NCBI GenBank assembly: GCA_977020255.1
Contig: CDROCS010006185.1
Location: 62,001-126,000, forward strand
Source: Obrimoposthia wandeli
Lineage: Eukaryota
Direction: 5' to 3'
Length of the DNA: 64,000 bases
Of this stretch, positions 24,419 through 38,367 are shown one piece after another. Below the pieces are notes generated by a model that made no database searches, was not told the DNA's origin, and was given only the letters and a program-made list of their open reading frames with translations. Both the position numbers and the translations under genes were made by a program. Numbering within the stretch: the stretch's first letter is position 1; every line of letters begins with the position of its first letter.

Positions 24419-24532
24419 CTCCAAACTACGGAAGGAAACCGTTTGTTGCCTCGGAAATCTGCCATTGCGTTCAACTGCTCATTACTAATGGCATGCGGAA
24501 CGATATGATAGCGCGGATAGGAGTTACATAAC
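24419..24532 (-). CDS. MTMR3/MTMR4: MTMR3/4-like exon 4
   Basis: LCNSYPRYHIVPHAISNEQLNAMADFRGNKRFPSVVWR (conserved LCxSYP..FR..R.P.VVWR); follows a 40-bp intron; donor GTGAGC. Confidence 0.93.
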
Positions 24533-24572
24533 CTTAGACACAACATGAATAATCGAAATAAGCAATATTTAC

Positions 24573-24681
24573 TTAAACTCTTTATTAACTGTCGTTATTT
24601 TCCATTGGGTGTTGAAATTCATTCGTTTGAATTCTTTCTCCAGTCTGTCTTTTTCGCTACTCCACACCGGTTCCCGACAAC
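24573..24681 (-). CDS. MTMR3/MTMR4: MTMR3/4-like exon 3
   Basis: LEKEFKRMNFNTQWKITTVNKEFK matches the start of the myotubularin RID region; AG/GT flanks in phase. Confidence 0.9.
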
Positions 24682-25834
24682 CTAATAAGCAATAGTTTTG
24701 GTAATTGTGACAAAATATGAAGAAAATATATTGAACAGACAACAAATCATATTTAAATTTCATACAAATACATGCTCATATAAGTCCGGCTCAATTTGAA
24801 GAATCGGGAGGAAATTGAAAATGTAATCAATGAAATAAACAGTTGGGTGTATCAAAGATAGCCCTTAATTTAATAACGGCTAAACACGATTTATAAATGC
24901 AGTCAAATAAAAATAAATCAAAAGAAACCACTACCATGTCTGTGAATGCTATTTTCGCTTCTGGATTAGACAAATTGGTCGCAAAAGACAGAGAACTGAC
25001 GAACTATACATTTGAACTGATCTGGCTGACGATAAATGCCTGATAACTTTATAAAATAATTTTATTAATTCAAAAATTTTAAGTTTTAAAGTTACCACCA
25101 AACTTCTATAAACTTCTAAAAATTGAAATTCTAAGTTTAAATAATTTGATGGAAAATTACAATAATAGATAACTGATATTTAACATAAATCGAAGAAAGA
25201 AGGACGCGTTTTCCAGGTATATGTATACAAGCTTTAGAACAGATTGTCATCAGCAGAAAGAAAGTGTAATAATATTGAAGAATTTAGAATATACATCAAG
25301 ATGTTCCTATTTAGAAGATGCTGCAGTTAATTACTCAAAGTTGCTGATTTGTAGAGCGTCTTGGAATAATAATTCCCACAATTATTGATAAATTAGTGCT
25401 ATATTAAACATGTTCCTGTTTAGAAGATAGTACAGTTAATTACTCAAAGTTACTGATTTGTATTAAATCACTTAAACTGAATTCATTGAAAAACAATAAA
25501 CTATTAACTATATAGGAGAAAATTTTAACGTCCTCTTTCGAAAGTTCTTGAACATAAAGTTGTACATTGCTGAATCATTAATCTGAGCTTATTTATAATA
25601 ATAAAACAAAAAAGAAGTTCTAAGGCCGTAGTTTACACTGCTCCAGTATCTATAACCAATTATTAACAAACACAAGAACACTTATTACACAATATCATTC
25701 TAAATATGCTTTAACTCTAAGACAAAGAAGTATATATAATGTAACAGCTCAAATGAGATGCCCACATTTACTAAAGTTTTTCGGACGTTTACAATTAATT
25801 TTATAAATAAAATATTAACCCAAAAAATACTAAC

Positions 25835-25959
25835 TCATTATTTCCTTTATGGCATCATGAAACTTGAATGCGAAAACACTGTCAGTTTTCTTTGGCAAAA
25901 TACTTTCCGTTATTGACTTCAACCAATCATTACAAATCTCTGTGTTTTCAAAAGAAAGT
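25835..25959 (-). CDS. MTMR3/MTMR4: MTMR3/4-like exon 2
   Basis: ILSFENTEICNDWLKSITESILPKKTDSVFAFKFH matches MTMR3 'FSTFEQCQEWLKRL...LFSFAYH'; follows a 36-bp GT-AG intron; donor GTTAGT. Confidence 0.85.
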
Positions 25960-25995
25960 CTACAAAACAGTATTTTTAAAAGAATTAAAAATTAC

Positions 25996-26252
25996 ATGTA
26001 GAAACTCCCCAACTTTGTCCAAATTCGAATATATTTAAATTCTAATTGTTCAATTTTTAATATTAAATTTAACGGAATACCAATGTGGAAATATTTTTCA
26101 TCAGTTCTGTTATTTTTTGTATTTTTACAAATTAAATAAATTCGATATGAAGTAAGTGCAACAGAACAATTAAATAGAATGGATTTTTTTAAAACATCTT
26201 CACCAGGTATCAAAAATAAATTTTTTGTTTGATCTTTATTCCCAGAATTCAT
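25996..26252 (-). CDS. MTMR3/MTMR4: Myotubularin-related phosphatase (MTMR3/4-like), exon 1 (ATG 26252; PH-GRAM domain)
   Basis: ORF MNSGNK...PGEDV..ALTSYRIYL..IPLNLILKIE resembles the myotubularin PH-GRAM domain; GT donor at 25995. Phases are consistent across all 8 exons (1296 nt, 432 codons in the window). Confidence 0.8.
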
Positions 26253-29200
26253 ATCTCGGATGGAAAACCTTAAACAATTTCAAATCGTCTAAAATAAAGA
26301 GTATGAATCATTTATATTTTTAGGATTTATGATAAATGTTAAGTATTACAAAATACAATTCGAAAAGTCGAAAATTCATTTTCTTTTCAAAATTAAAAAA
26401 TATAATTTCAAATTTATCACACCTCATCACAAAATCACATTAATTTTTGAATCAAAATGATTGTTTAAAACAAACATGTTTAACCTTTTGATATAAAATT
26501 ATTCTTTTATATTCTGTTTTTATACAAGCCTCCTAAAAAAATATAAAAGTTACCTATTGTCTAATGAATGATTATATTTAAATTTTATTGATGTATTGAT
26601 ATTATAATTTCATATAAATGTTAATAAAGATGGAAAACATAAATTATATAAGGTATATTAAGCAAGGAAAACAATATCAGATCTTAATGTGTTAATATTT
26701 TACTTCTGATTATTGGGAATAGTTTTTATACAAAATGTTTGACTCTAAGAACGGTTCATCTGAAAGGAGTTACCAACAGGAATTAATTATAACAATTAAA
26801 TTACAGTTGATTTAACCTTTTTAATAGTTATGTGAAAGTATTTTTCTAAAGTTTATGAAATGGATATTTATTCAACATCATTCGAATTAAGTTACCCTAT
26901 TACCAGCTAAAGTTTTCTAAAGGAATGTATATTTTTATTGATTATAATACATATAAACATATTGCTCGAATATTGGATTTAAACTTGTTTTAAACATAGA
27001 GGACTTATGAGCTAATTTATAGCAGACTCACACAGAACACCATTGAGGAACTAGTACTATAACTATATGCAAATAAAATTGATAACTTATTTATTTTGAA
27101 AGCCAATTAATTTCATCAGAAGATGTTATTTCTTGAATCAAATTATCGGAATATATTTACATGATATATAAATAAGACTTTTTAATTATAATGTACACAT
27201 TAACTGTTTCACTAATACTTTACATCCATGTAGGTGGCCGAGTATTCAATAGAATGCAAGACTGCAGTAATTAATCGATTATTAAAAGAATATTGAAAGA
27301 TACTATGACTCGTGAAAATCAAAACGGCAAAGAAACTTGGTTAAAGAAGTACAAAGCGATGAAGGAGATATATTGCAAAAGAAAATGTGAAAAAGCTAGA
27401 AAAGTAGTAGTTGAATAGTTTTATGCTGAATCAAGTAAAATCATGATTATCAAAGTATCATATGGCAAAAATATGTGAAGAAAACATACAACATTTGCAA
27501 TGTATTCACCAATTCATCTCGTTATTTTTGATTAGAACAGCTGATAATCCATTTAACATATAGTGTCAGATATTTTACGATGAGATAATCAGAAACCCGA
27601 AATATCCACAGGAGCATATTTGTTCATAAAATTCATGTTTAATAGGCGACCACACCAAAATTAATGTATTGACGATAATTCTATCAAAGAAGAATATTCT
27701 TGAGTCTATGCCAAAAGAGACTAGAATGATGGTGAAGTAAAATATACAAAGATATAATGAAACGAGTGTTGATGAAAAATGGTTAAACATATTGGAGAGT
27801 GGGTCGACACAAATGATTATTGCATCAAGGATGCATTTGATTTGCTGCTATCCGATGAAGCAGCATTAATAAGGAAGTATACACGTGAAGCGGTAAATTC
27901 AGCAAATTGAAGTCAAAAATGGTTTGAAATAAATTTCTTAGATAAAGTATGATAAAGTTGATAAAGTATATAAAATATGAAATAATTAGAAGGCAGACGT
28001 TTTTCAGCCTTCAGTATTAGAGTTCAAATATTCGTTGATGTCATGACTGAAAGCAATGTTATTAATTTATCAATTAAAGATTAGTTGAGTGGTGTTTTTA
28101 TAAGAGGCAGGTTAATAAGCAAAAAAACTGAAGGAACAGTTTTTATTAAAACGGTAGATGCCAAAAGAAGAAGTAGAGGTATTGGCAAAGGTTTATAGCG
28201 AAATTGAGAACAAGAAAACTGAAATCACACAAGTCCAGAATACATATGCTAATACATTAAAAAGAGAATACAACTGTCCTCATTTCTTAAATAATACAAA
28301 AAATACTCAGTACATTACGAGGAAAAAATATATATCTATGAAGAAAAAATACACATAAATAGGGATGCACAAAATCAAAATAAAAAGACTCAAATGCCAA
28401 TATTTTCCTTAAAACTTTAAAAAATAAATATAACTTAGCCAAGATACTACCTGTCACACAAAGTGAAGAACTTCAGCCAGGAGCATGTATTGCTGTGATG
28501 AAAAAGGTCATTTCCAAAACCAATGCCATCTCAATCAAAAATGTTTGATTTGCAGAAAAGAAGGTCACGATTCAAACAGCTGCTATCTTTTAAAGAACCC
28601 ACATAAAACTTGAAGAATACTTGAAGAATTCATGAACTATTTACACTTGACGTAACGGAAATTTTGAGGAGGTATTCCTTTCCAATGTCACCATTGCCCT
28701 TAATTGGACCTAAAATGACATATGTATTTTCAAAATTTTTAAGATACAGATCTCAAAAAAACTTTGGAATGCGGGAGCAGGCTGTTCAGGTAGCTGGTTT
28801 CATTTCCTTATCTAGCGAATGTGTTTGATATGTTAATTTGAGATTCAGAACATTTTCGTATTCCAGCCCTATTCCGTGTTCAAGAAAGTGGTGAACATGT
28901 TGTAGTTTTAGATACTGTACACTATGAAAGAAAGTATGCAGTTGAAAGCCAAATGAAGCATTGAAAGCATTATCCCTTTCTCAGTGTTGTCGCTGGTTAC
29001 CACTAACCTTCATGAGTGTCTGTTGAAATAAGCCAGCTTTCCTTTACTCCACGTTTTGGACAAATTTATTTTTCTGGATTCACGTCTCAATAGCATAAAC
29101 TGTCTTCTATACACGGTTTTTGGCAGTAGTTTTGTTTTTGTTAGATGATCAGACGGATGTTTTATGAGCATAGAGAGCACAACAAATGTCTTGTGATACA

Positions 29201-30330
29201 AATTTTACATATACCGTGACTGAGATGATGTAGATGAGAAACAGAAAATGAATAAATAGTGAGCCTTTCATAAGATTTTGAATTAACGCAGCAGGATTTA
29301 CTGAATCATCTGTTGTTACATACATCGGCTTCACTGTTTGCCAGAACAGTAAAGAGGCAACTGAGGAATTTCAATGGAACACTGGCCTCATGTATTGGTT
29401 GAATTTAAAAAAATTGCTGATGTTTAGGATGAGGCGAGAGCTGGGTTTTCAAAACTCCTTATTTTATGGAAATCAGCCTTTTCAGGGCTTATCCAGCCGT
29501 TATAATCTGCTTAATAATATAGCCTGTCGGTAATAATGGACAGATAGTCGTGTTCCTACATAACTGAGAACAAATTTACTGTTCAAAGAACATCTTATCG
29601 ATGTTAATTAAAATTTCAGATCGAGTGCTTTAATGAGTATAGGTAAAAAATCAATCAACAGCTGCCTGGACACATATTTGGGGAATGTTTCGTTTAATTC
29701 ACAGATAGAGAACCCGATATAACTTTTGTGATCAACACCATGATTATGGAGAATGATGTTGCTTAGATTGTTGGTTTCAGGTGTAGGGTTGTCAAAGTCT
29801 AATTTGCTGATACTAGCTTAGTAATGAATGAATATGTTAACTTCTTTTCGACGAGATTAACTCAGGAAGCTACTGAAAGCCGTTATACTGAGGGTTTTGA
29901 TTAATTTTCAGAATTTTGACGGATTTGACTTGTTCTTTATGTAACAAAACAAGTTCATCTTACAACTGTCCTTGGATTCTCTGATGAGCTGGTCGGTGTT
30001 TTAATAAGCTTCAATCAACACTACCTTTAGCCTTACTTAATTTCACAGCGGTTTACTGTGTTTTATGACATATTTTGCTTCAAGTGACAGCCAAACGATT
30101 TGCCAACGAATTTGTCTGCAGCTCTTATCAGATTTGTAGTTAACAAATCACCTGTACTATAAAAATGGCTGATAAAACGATATAACTTTTTAACCTTGTT
30201 TTCTTCATTTTCAAAATAAATCTTTTAAAAAACGAATTTATCTGGTCTACTTAACTTTAGTGTCACACCGATCAAAATTGTGTTAAAAGGATGAAACTTA
30301 AAAATTCAATTTAAAAAAACATTATTTAAA

Positions 30331-30740
30331 ATGACACTATATTATTCAGTAGTCTTGGATGAATCAACCGATACAATTGATTCAGCACAAGTATTGTACT
30401 TGTATCATGCTGAAACTGAAGAATTTGATGCATTTGAAAAATTACTTGCTTTAGGCACCATAAAGGGAAGGAAACAAGGAATTTATGTTTTCAACATCTT
30501 CAAAGAGATTTCTCATGAAATAAGACTGAATTTCACAAATTGTATGAGTATGTGCAAAGATGGTGCTTCATATATAACTATAAAGAATGAAAGATTCGTT
30601 GAGCATTTCAAAAAAGAACTCTTAAATTAGAATGCTCTTATTTCATTTCATTGTATTTTACATCAACAAAGTATCTGTCTTATATCTGTCATTTTTAATG
30701 ACACTTTACAGAAAGTTGTCGGAATAGCAAACTTTATCAA
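30331..30740 (+). mobile_element. hAT (SPIN/GTF2IRD2-like) transposase remnant
   Basis: YSVVLDESTD...MCKDGAS...FHCILHQQSIC motifs. Confidence 0.85.
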
Positions 30741-30789
30741 AACTATCATCAGTGGCCTTTTGAGAAATGGTCATTATCAACAAAGGGGC

Positions 30790-31205
30790 CTTTACAACAA
30801 ATAGTTTCATAAATAGTTTTCTATATATAAAAAAAAGTGTCATAATCATCCAGATTCAACTAGAGTAAAATATTCTTAGGAAGGCGTGATTAAATCTGCC
30901 AAAACACTCCTCATACCGTATATCAGAAAGTACGGTTCGTAGCAGAGTCCTCCAGCTTATAAATTGCCAACCATATTGGTCTAGACTTTGTCAAACTATT
31001 TTGAAAGCAATTATATCATGGCCTACCCAGCTACAAACCAGTCCCACATTACACCTGTAAAATTATCTAACAAGTTGTAAACAACTCTACACACAGTAAT
31101 AAAAGATTTTCAGAACATTATTAGTAAATAGGCCACGAAGACTGCTAAGATATAGCTATATAAAAATAACGTTGGGGCCCAAGAGATATTTAGAAAACCC
31201 AAACA
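30790..31205 (-). mobile_element. LTR-like family X, copy 2 (diverged)
   Basis: Reverse complement starts TGTTTGGGTTTTCT..GGGCCCCAACGT..CGTGGCCTAT..TTCTGAAA. Confidence 0.5.
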
Positions 31206-31459
31206 CCATAAATGTTTTACAAAATCTAAAATTTGGTATATTAAGTAAATAATAATAGTCTTACATAAAATTAAATTTTTATTTGATGACGTTTAAAATA
31301 TATTGAAACAACTCTGAAATGCAATCTTGAAAATTAGTTTATATGATTTAAGAAAATAGTTTTCAATTGACGTTGGACAATAATAAAACAAATCTAATGA
31401 TAAAACAACAATAAATAATAAGTTTACATATATTTTTTAATAGTTTAATCTATTTTTTG

Positions 31460-33830
31460 GTTTAAGTAAGCTTTACGAACACTAAAACTAAACCTTAATT
31501 AAACATTAATGAAATTTATGAACCGAAAACTGAACACAAATATTTGTAAGATTTGAGTCTTTCATACGATGTAAACCCATAAATTTAATAAAAATTATTT
31601 TATAAATTTTATTTTCTGGAATGCATCTTGTGTCAAAATTATTTACAAAATTTGTCAACGGGTTACTTTTAGTTACATTCAACATATATTTAATATAAAT
31701 ATGTTATATATTTATTTATCAAATTGTCTAAAATTAAGGATAACAATTTAGTTCTCATTGAATGATAGCCAATTTAAGAATGACAATATAGTTCTGATTG
31801 AATGATAGCCAATTTAAGAATGACAATATAGTTCTAATTGAATGTTAGCCAATTTTAGAATAACATATAGTTTTGATTGAATTATTGCAAATTTTGAAAT
31901 AACAATATAGTTCTGATTTCAATTAAATATCATTAGTTAATTTGATTTTCTATCAGTTTTGGTAACGATGATAAAATAATAATATTTCTGAAAATCAAAA
32001 TGGACTACTGAGTCTGCAGTATTTAATAGGGACAGGGTAGCAAGAAGCGCACACATGTATAGATAGAGAGGAAAATATAGGTATATTCCTTGCATCAACC
32101 AAAATTGCAAGCAAATATCAATAACATCGGGCTGTTGATGCAGATATCAGCAGTATCAGGAGAGTAAGGTGAAAAAAGATATATGTTGCTGTTGTTGCAT
32201 TGCTGGACCGAGACAGAGATTTACACGCATGGTCTGCAAAATTGAGGCAGCACAAATAATGTCAGTTCATTAGAGGATGTTTGTAGGTGAATTGCGACGA
32301 ACAAGACAGATGAGGCGGCATGTCACAGGAGACAAAGTGACAAAAGAGGGGAGACCGTAGCTGTTGTTACCACCGCTGTCATGGTTGTTGGTCGTCAGGC
32401 AGAGAGAGGAAGACGAGGTCGGGAGGGAGATTCCATCAAACCACAATCTCATCCGCTGTATTTTCTTAGCGGAATAACTTTTGTGGTCAAAATTGCCACT
32501 TTTATAAAGCCACTTTCCCGATGAGCCTGGAAGGCGAAACGGGGTTTTTACCCCGTCGGAGGCTAAAAAAGAATACCTCCCCGATTGTGGGGATTTCAGT
32601 AATGTCAATTTAAATTGACTTAATTAATTTTTAAATTCCAACAAATAAGCTTTTTGAATAAATTAGTTTTTAATGTCAAATATTTAAGACATTCAAAATT
32701 TATATAAAATTATAAAATGAAGTTAATAATATATATAAAAAATTATAATAAACTATTTAAAAATGTATATCATTTTAGTAAAAAAGTTTGACTGACAATA
32801 ATTTTATTAATAAAGCTAAATGATAAAATATATTTTAATTTTACTAAATCCTAAATTATTATATACATATGAATAATCTAATTTTAATAATTATATTGTA
32901 TTTGACCGATTTAACTTTAATTTTTGGAATAAGATAATAATGAAATTTGAGTTAAATAGAGAATTTTAGATTTGAAATCAAGTTAAGGTGTAGATTTTAA
33001 AAGTTTAATTTATTTGGGAATTGAAAATTAAATCGTAAAATAAAAAATATTAAAACAATTTTCTTTTTATCATTATAATACCAATAATTCGTTTAAATTT
33101 TAAGTCACATGAAAATATATTCAGAACTTTAAATGTTGATAATTAAAATTATTTTATTGTATATATATTTTTATTTTACAGGTATATTTAATGTTATTCT
33201 TTTAAATGGTTGTGTATTAAAATGAATGAAAATGTAAGAGACTTGAGGATGTATCTTAATTACTATTTTTTAATACTTAAAGCTAATTATATGATTCAAG
33301 TAAGCTTTGCGAACACTAAAATTAAACTTGTTTAGCATTTATAAAATTTTTGAACCGTAAACTGAACACAAAATATTTTCATCTTATATATGATGTACAC
33401 AAATAAATCTAATAATTTTTTTATAAAATTGCTTTCAGAAATGCAATTTTATGTCAAAATTAGTCAATAGGTTACTATTTAATTACATTCAACAGATATT
33501 TATTATAAATACTTAAAAATTAACTTTTTGAATAAATACATTTTAAATGTAAATATTTTAGATATTCTAACTTTAAATAAATTTTTTAAAATAAGTTAAA
33601 AATTCGTATTAAAAAGCATTATAATATTTAATAAATATTATTTACGATAGTATTTATTTTAATATTATTTAAAAATGTATGTCATATTTGTAAATGTTTG
33701 CCTAACAATAATTTTATTAATAAAACTAAATAATAAAATATTTAAAAAAAGTTATAATTATAAACATATGATTAATGTAAATTTATTAATTATTTTTGTT
33801 TGACCGATTTGACATAAATTTTGAACAGTG
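31460..33830. repeat. Diverged duplication: 31460-31710 plus 32640-32920 correspond to contiguous 33295-33830
   Basis: Shared anchors CGAACACTAAAA..AACTGAACACAAA..TTACATTCAACA and TTTTTGAATAAA..ACAATAATTTTATTAATAAA..TTTGACCGATTT. Confidence 0.7.
31757..31920. repeat. 40-bp tandem repeat x4 containing CCAAT
   Basis: AATGATAGCCAAT at 31761 and 31801, variant at 31841. Confidence 0.85.
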
Positions 33831-34703
33831 AAAACTCGACTCCTGATTAAAAATATATAACATTTTAATCTACATTAAATTAAAGTATATGATGTTTGTA
33901 TACATTAATGTTATTTTGCAGCAACCCTGAACTTCGAGACCTAATAAAAGAAAGTTTAAACTCCTGATTAAAAGCTTGATCTTTAAAAATGATTTCTTCG
34001 AAGGGAATTAGTTTTTGCTTTGTTCAATCTAGATCATATTCAACTCCTAAAGTTGCTTTGGTTTGTTTTCATATTTAATCTGTAAAAATTGAGATAATTG
34101 CATTAATTCATCGGTTAATAAACAGAAATTACAACAAAAAATATTTTTTCTATTTCAGAAGTCACTGAATGAATATGTGATTAAGTGCAAAAAATTAGAG
34201 CGGGATCAAAATTTTTACTTTTATATTTTATAATATGCATAGAAGACTGTAAATTATTTTAAATTTAAAGGGATTAGGTTGAATTTATAGAATTTTTGGA
34301 ATAACCTTTCAAAAACATGTTTGTTACAATCAATTTAAAAGTGCCATTTTCACTTCATATCTCACCCAAAATTTACAGTGAAATTGTTTATTTACCTATG
34401 AATTAAACTCTGATAAGAAGTTAATACAAAGCCAAAACAATTCAATTTAATTTACCATATCTATAATATTAATATCAATCGAATCCGAATTCAATAAATT
34501 TCTCCTTTAATAGAAATAAATTTGTTCAGATAAAACTTTATCCATGCAAAAGTTAAATAGTTTGAATTTTAGAGACTATCAACTAAAATCACATACAAGT
34601 CGAGTGCAGGCGAATTATTCATTTTGGTATCTTTAGAATTCAGGTTTCGACTACAAAATGTTTTAGGAAGAAAGTCTCTAGCTTGATTACTAATCCTCTC
34701 ACC

Positions 34704-34712
34704 ATGCTTATT
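34704..34712 (+). CDS. GATD3: Possible first coding micro-segment of ES1/GATD3 (ATG CTT ATT)
   Basis: accATG followed by a GTAAGT donor in phase 0 matching the next exon; may instead be the end of a longer exon starting at 34667. Confidence 0.35.
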
Positions 34713-34898
34713 GTAAGTGAGACTATATTAAACCATTTTAATATCATTAAAAAAGATTTAAATTATATAAATGAAATATTCCGTGATTATCTGTATATGT
34801 CGAAACAGGTACATAATCTTACTCAAAGATTTCTAAAAACACATTTGCTATGAATCTAGATTATATAACTAAATATGTTTATTAATCTTCGACGACAG

Positions 34899-34951
34899 GT
34901 TCTGTCTGGGTGTGGAGTGTACGATGGTGCCGAGATTCTGGAATCTTCGAG
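34899..34951 (+). CDS. GATD3: ES1/GATD3 (ElbB/DJ-1 family) exon
   Basis: VLSGCGVYDGAEILESS matches ES1 'VLSGCGVYDGTEIHEAS'; CAG/GT flanks. Confidence 0.93.
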
Positions 34952-35329
34952 GTTGGTAGGTGGACTTATACTAATGTTAATGCGTTGATGTATTAATAAG
35001 TTCCTGTTAAATTCGTTTGGAAGAAAATGAAATCTGTCGTAACTTACTGACGTTTGATAATGATAATAAATTATATTTCAGCTCCATGAACATTCTATAT
35101 ATAAGAAAGTAGTCAATGAAAATAAATACCTATGTAGAAATATATACTTCGTCTCAAAAAGATTTCCCTCTACATTTTTAAATGAAACTCCAATGTAATG
35201 ACTTGAAATTGAAATATGTTAATATTTATTGACATATGTTTCATTGAGGGTTTGGTTTTAATGTCCCTAAAGATGTCCTTATGACATTTTAACACAGAAT
35301 AAACAATACCAAATGCCTAAATATTATGA

Positions 35330-35860
35330 AACACATTTTTAAAATTAAAAATGATCCATTCTTATCAACTAACTGCAATAATCTTTCTAGAAAGGTTTTG
35401 TATAGCTCTTTTATGTTATTTTCAGACAGCTTATTTCAGTCAATGATTATACGTTTGAGGCTCTTAATGTTTTCATAGTTAGATTTAAATTTTCTATAAT
35501 GTTCAAGTCTGGGAACTTAGACGGCCAAGCAATATCATTTTTATCGAAACAAGAGTATATTTAACAACATGTGGCCTTTCGTTGTCTTAATAAAAGGGAG
35601 TGTGGCATATCTTCATTTATAAGATGCTCCGTTACTAAATAAACATAATTCTCCTTATATATATATTTACATCGATTGTCATATATCCAAAATTGTATAT
35701 TATATGCCATATCATTACTCCTTTCGTGAAGCTATTCTTTTCAGAATATAATTTTCTGCATCTTTCATTGTACCAATAATAATTATATCCATCGACCTCT
35801 TCATGGAAAAAATTATTTTAATCACAAAACAAAATTTTATACCTATAACTTTGACCTTCA
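35330..35860 (-). mobile_element. Tc1 transposase remnant
   Basis: QDNERPH, WPSKFPDLNIIENL and GVMIW motifs. Confidence 0.8.
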
Positions 35861-36112
35861 ATAAGTATATTTTTTTGAAAAATCTAATCTTTATCGTTTG
35901 TGAACTTTATTCAAAGTTGGAACTTTCAATTTTTTTACATTCCTAACTTTATATTTTTAAGTCTCCCTTTCAGAAAGATCTAATCTTGGAGCCTCCCCTT
36001 TTATCTCCTAAAGTAGTTCAGACACATTTTAAATGGTAAAATATTTATTAATCCAAAAGAACGTGTTTGACGAATCATAATAAGGTTTTACCATATATAT
36101 TTCATATTCATT

Positions 36113-36560
36113 TCTAATGCAATGGATGTGATTGTTTATTTGCACAAAGTTTCTGACATCTTGGCGTCATTGAGGGGTGCTACTCGTAGCTCTTTTTCTA
36201 CTATTAAACGGGATTGATATTTAGATTTCATTGCAGTTAGTGCAGAAAACCTTGTTTCGCATAAATACGATATACGAATGGAATTTTTTATTTATATACG
36301 CTAGGAAAATTATATTTCTGTTAATATTTTCGCGCATTCCTTTGCACTAGTCCGTGTCTCCTCGCTGGCTTAAGGAAACTACTTTTTAAATATCACCTAA
36401 CAGTATTTTTACTAACTCGAACATCCATTGTTTTTTTACTCTTCTAACATACGATTTGTATTTTAATATCATTTACAATACGTAGTTTTTGTCTTTTATT
36501 CACTTTTCTTTGCGTAATATTTGCCATAATTACGTGCATCAAGACATTTTCTTACCGTTT
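36113..36560 (-). mobile_element. hAT (Buster/Charlie) transposase C-terminal remnant
   Basis: SYLCETRFSALTAMKSKYQSRLIVEKELRVA versus TYLCExGFSALxxIKTKYRSRLxVExDLR. Confidence 0.8.
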
Positions 36561-37569
36561 ATCTTTTAATAAATTTGGGGATTTTCCTTCTACATGTATT
36601 TTCATAATTTCGCCATTGCTTTAGAGTCTTTAGACCTTAAATTTAAAAATAAAATCCTCTGTAAAGGTTTATTATGAAACACATTTTATGAATCATATTA
36701 TTTGTTATAATATAATCAATATCAATTTTAAGATAGGTATAAATATATTACTAAGGATATTCCCTGGAACAATTTTGACTCTCAAAATATAAAATTCAAG
36801 AAAATGTATACTTCAGCGAAAGATTTTAACAAAATATAGTAAAACTTTACTAATTAATTATATATTTAAATGTCAAGTTTTTGAAATATTGTTTTGAAAA
36901 GTTGTAAAAATGTAAATCTTTCCGGGATACACTGTTTCATTTTTGCCATTTTTCAGGAGTTCAATCCGTCGACTGGAAAGAATTTGAATTATTGACATTT
37001 ATTTTCACTTAATTACAAGCAGTGAATATCAGTAGTTCAAAATTAATTGAAGTGTTCCCATTTCAGATCTGTAATTCCCACGGAATGGTTAAACTCTCCA
37101 ACAAAACAATTATTCATTTTATGTTATTTGTTGTCTCATTTTTCAATATTTGGAATAAATGTCAATAACTGAAATTCTTCAAAAATTCTGGTCAGAAGAT
37201 TGCGGACTCTGAAAATTTGGAAAAAATAATCACATCTATTATAAAAATGTTATATTTATGAAAATACATTTTGTCCCACTTTACGTCTATTTTGTGCAAT
37301 ACTTTTTCATATTTAACGTGTAATAAGTATGGCCAAACCTCCTATATACGGAAATTGTGTTAGCTTCAACTCCTGCTGGTCTAAATGCTTCATTTACTTC
37401 TGTGATATTAAAAATGTAGTCATTTTCTAAACTTTAAGTCTTTGAAGCCTTTTTTACTGTGAAAATATTCTCTCCTGCATCCATTTTTGCACAGAATTAA
37501 GGTTTAGAGTGGGATAATAATTTTGTTTCATTATGCAAAATCTGTGAATATTTGCCATTCCAATTTCAG

Positions 37570-37680
37570 TTGTATGATCCATCTGAGTCGCCACAAGACG
37601 GATTTGTCCGTATTTGCACCGAATATAATTCAACGTCATGTAATTAATCATACATCTGGCCAACAAATGGACCAGGCTCG
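37570..37680 (+). CDS. GATD3: ES1/GATD3 exon
   Basis: CMIHLSRHKTDLSVFAPNIIQRHVINHTSGQQMDQAR; donor GTAAGT. Confidence 0.93.
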
Positions 37681-38367
37681 GTAAGTAGATTCATTTTTCA
37701 TCTATTACCAACAAATGACGTTATTGAAACTGAGCTTACAGAATATACGGATATATCCTTAAGTGTTTCATCCTATCGCTCGATATAGTTTCATTCATTT
37801 CAAAGGGTTTTGGGCAAAGTTCAATAACATCTGTTATTTTCACTTCGATGACTTATCTTGTAAGTGTGTCTTGTTTATTGCAGTCATCGTCAAGTTATGC
37901 TGTTTAAATAATTACTGGGCTTATTTTGTTTCTACATTGAATAATTTATATGCATGCTACAACTTTGATTATGCTTACATATAAAATGTATTTCGTGAAT
38001 TACTAGGTCTAGAAGTTGTAACATCAACTTTGAGGTACTGAAGGGAATATTCGCGTTCCATATATTTAGCTTTTTATTCTTGACAACTTTAATTTAAAAG
38101 AAACTTTTTAATGTTTAATAATAAAATATTTATCCATTCTCATTTGAAACGTCTTTGGGCGTTGCAACAAATTAGCGATAATTTAGCACTCGTCCATGGA
38201 TGAAGTATTTAGCTTCAATTGTGGTTTCAAAGCATCTGCAATTGTGCCGCAAATATAGTTACACATTATCCATAGACGTAATTTTGAGTCTATTATATAA
38301 TTTTTATTTTGTATTCCCTTCCATAAAAATCATTTTAGCCTGATTGTGTACATTATATTTCACTCAG

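Noticed and set aside
27170-30200. Possible decayed coding sequence (ORFs 27575, 28158, 29010, 29149)
   Set aside because: Looks like old TE debris, but no diagnostic motif was recognised.
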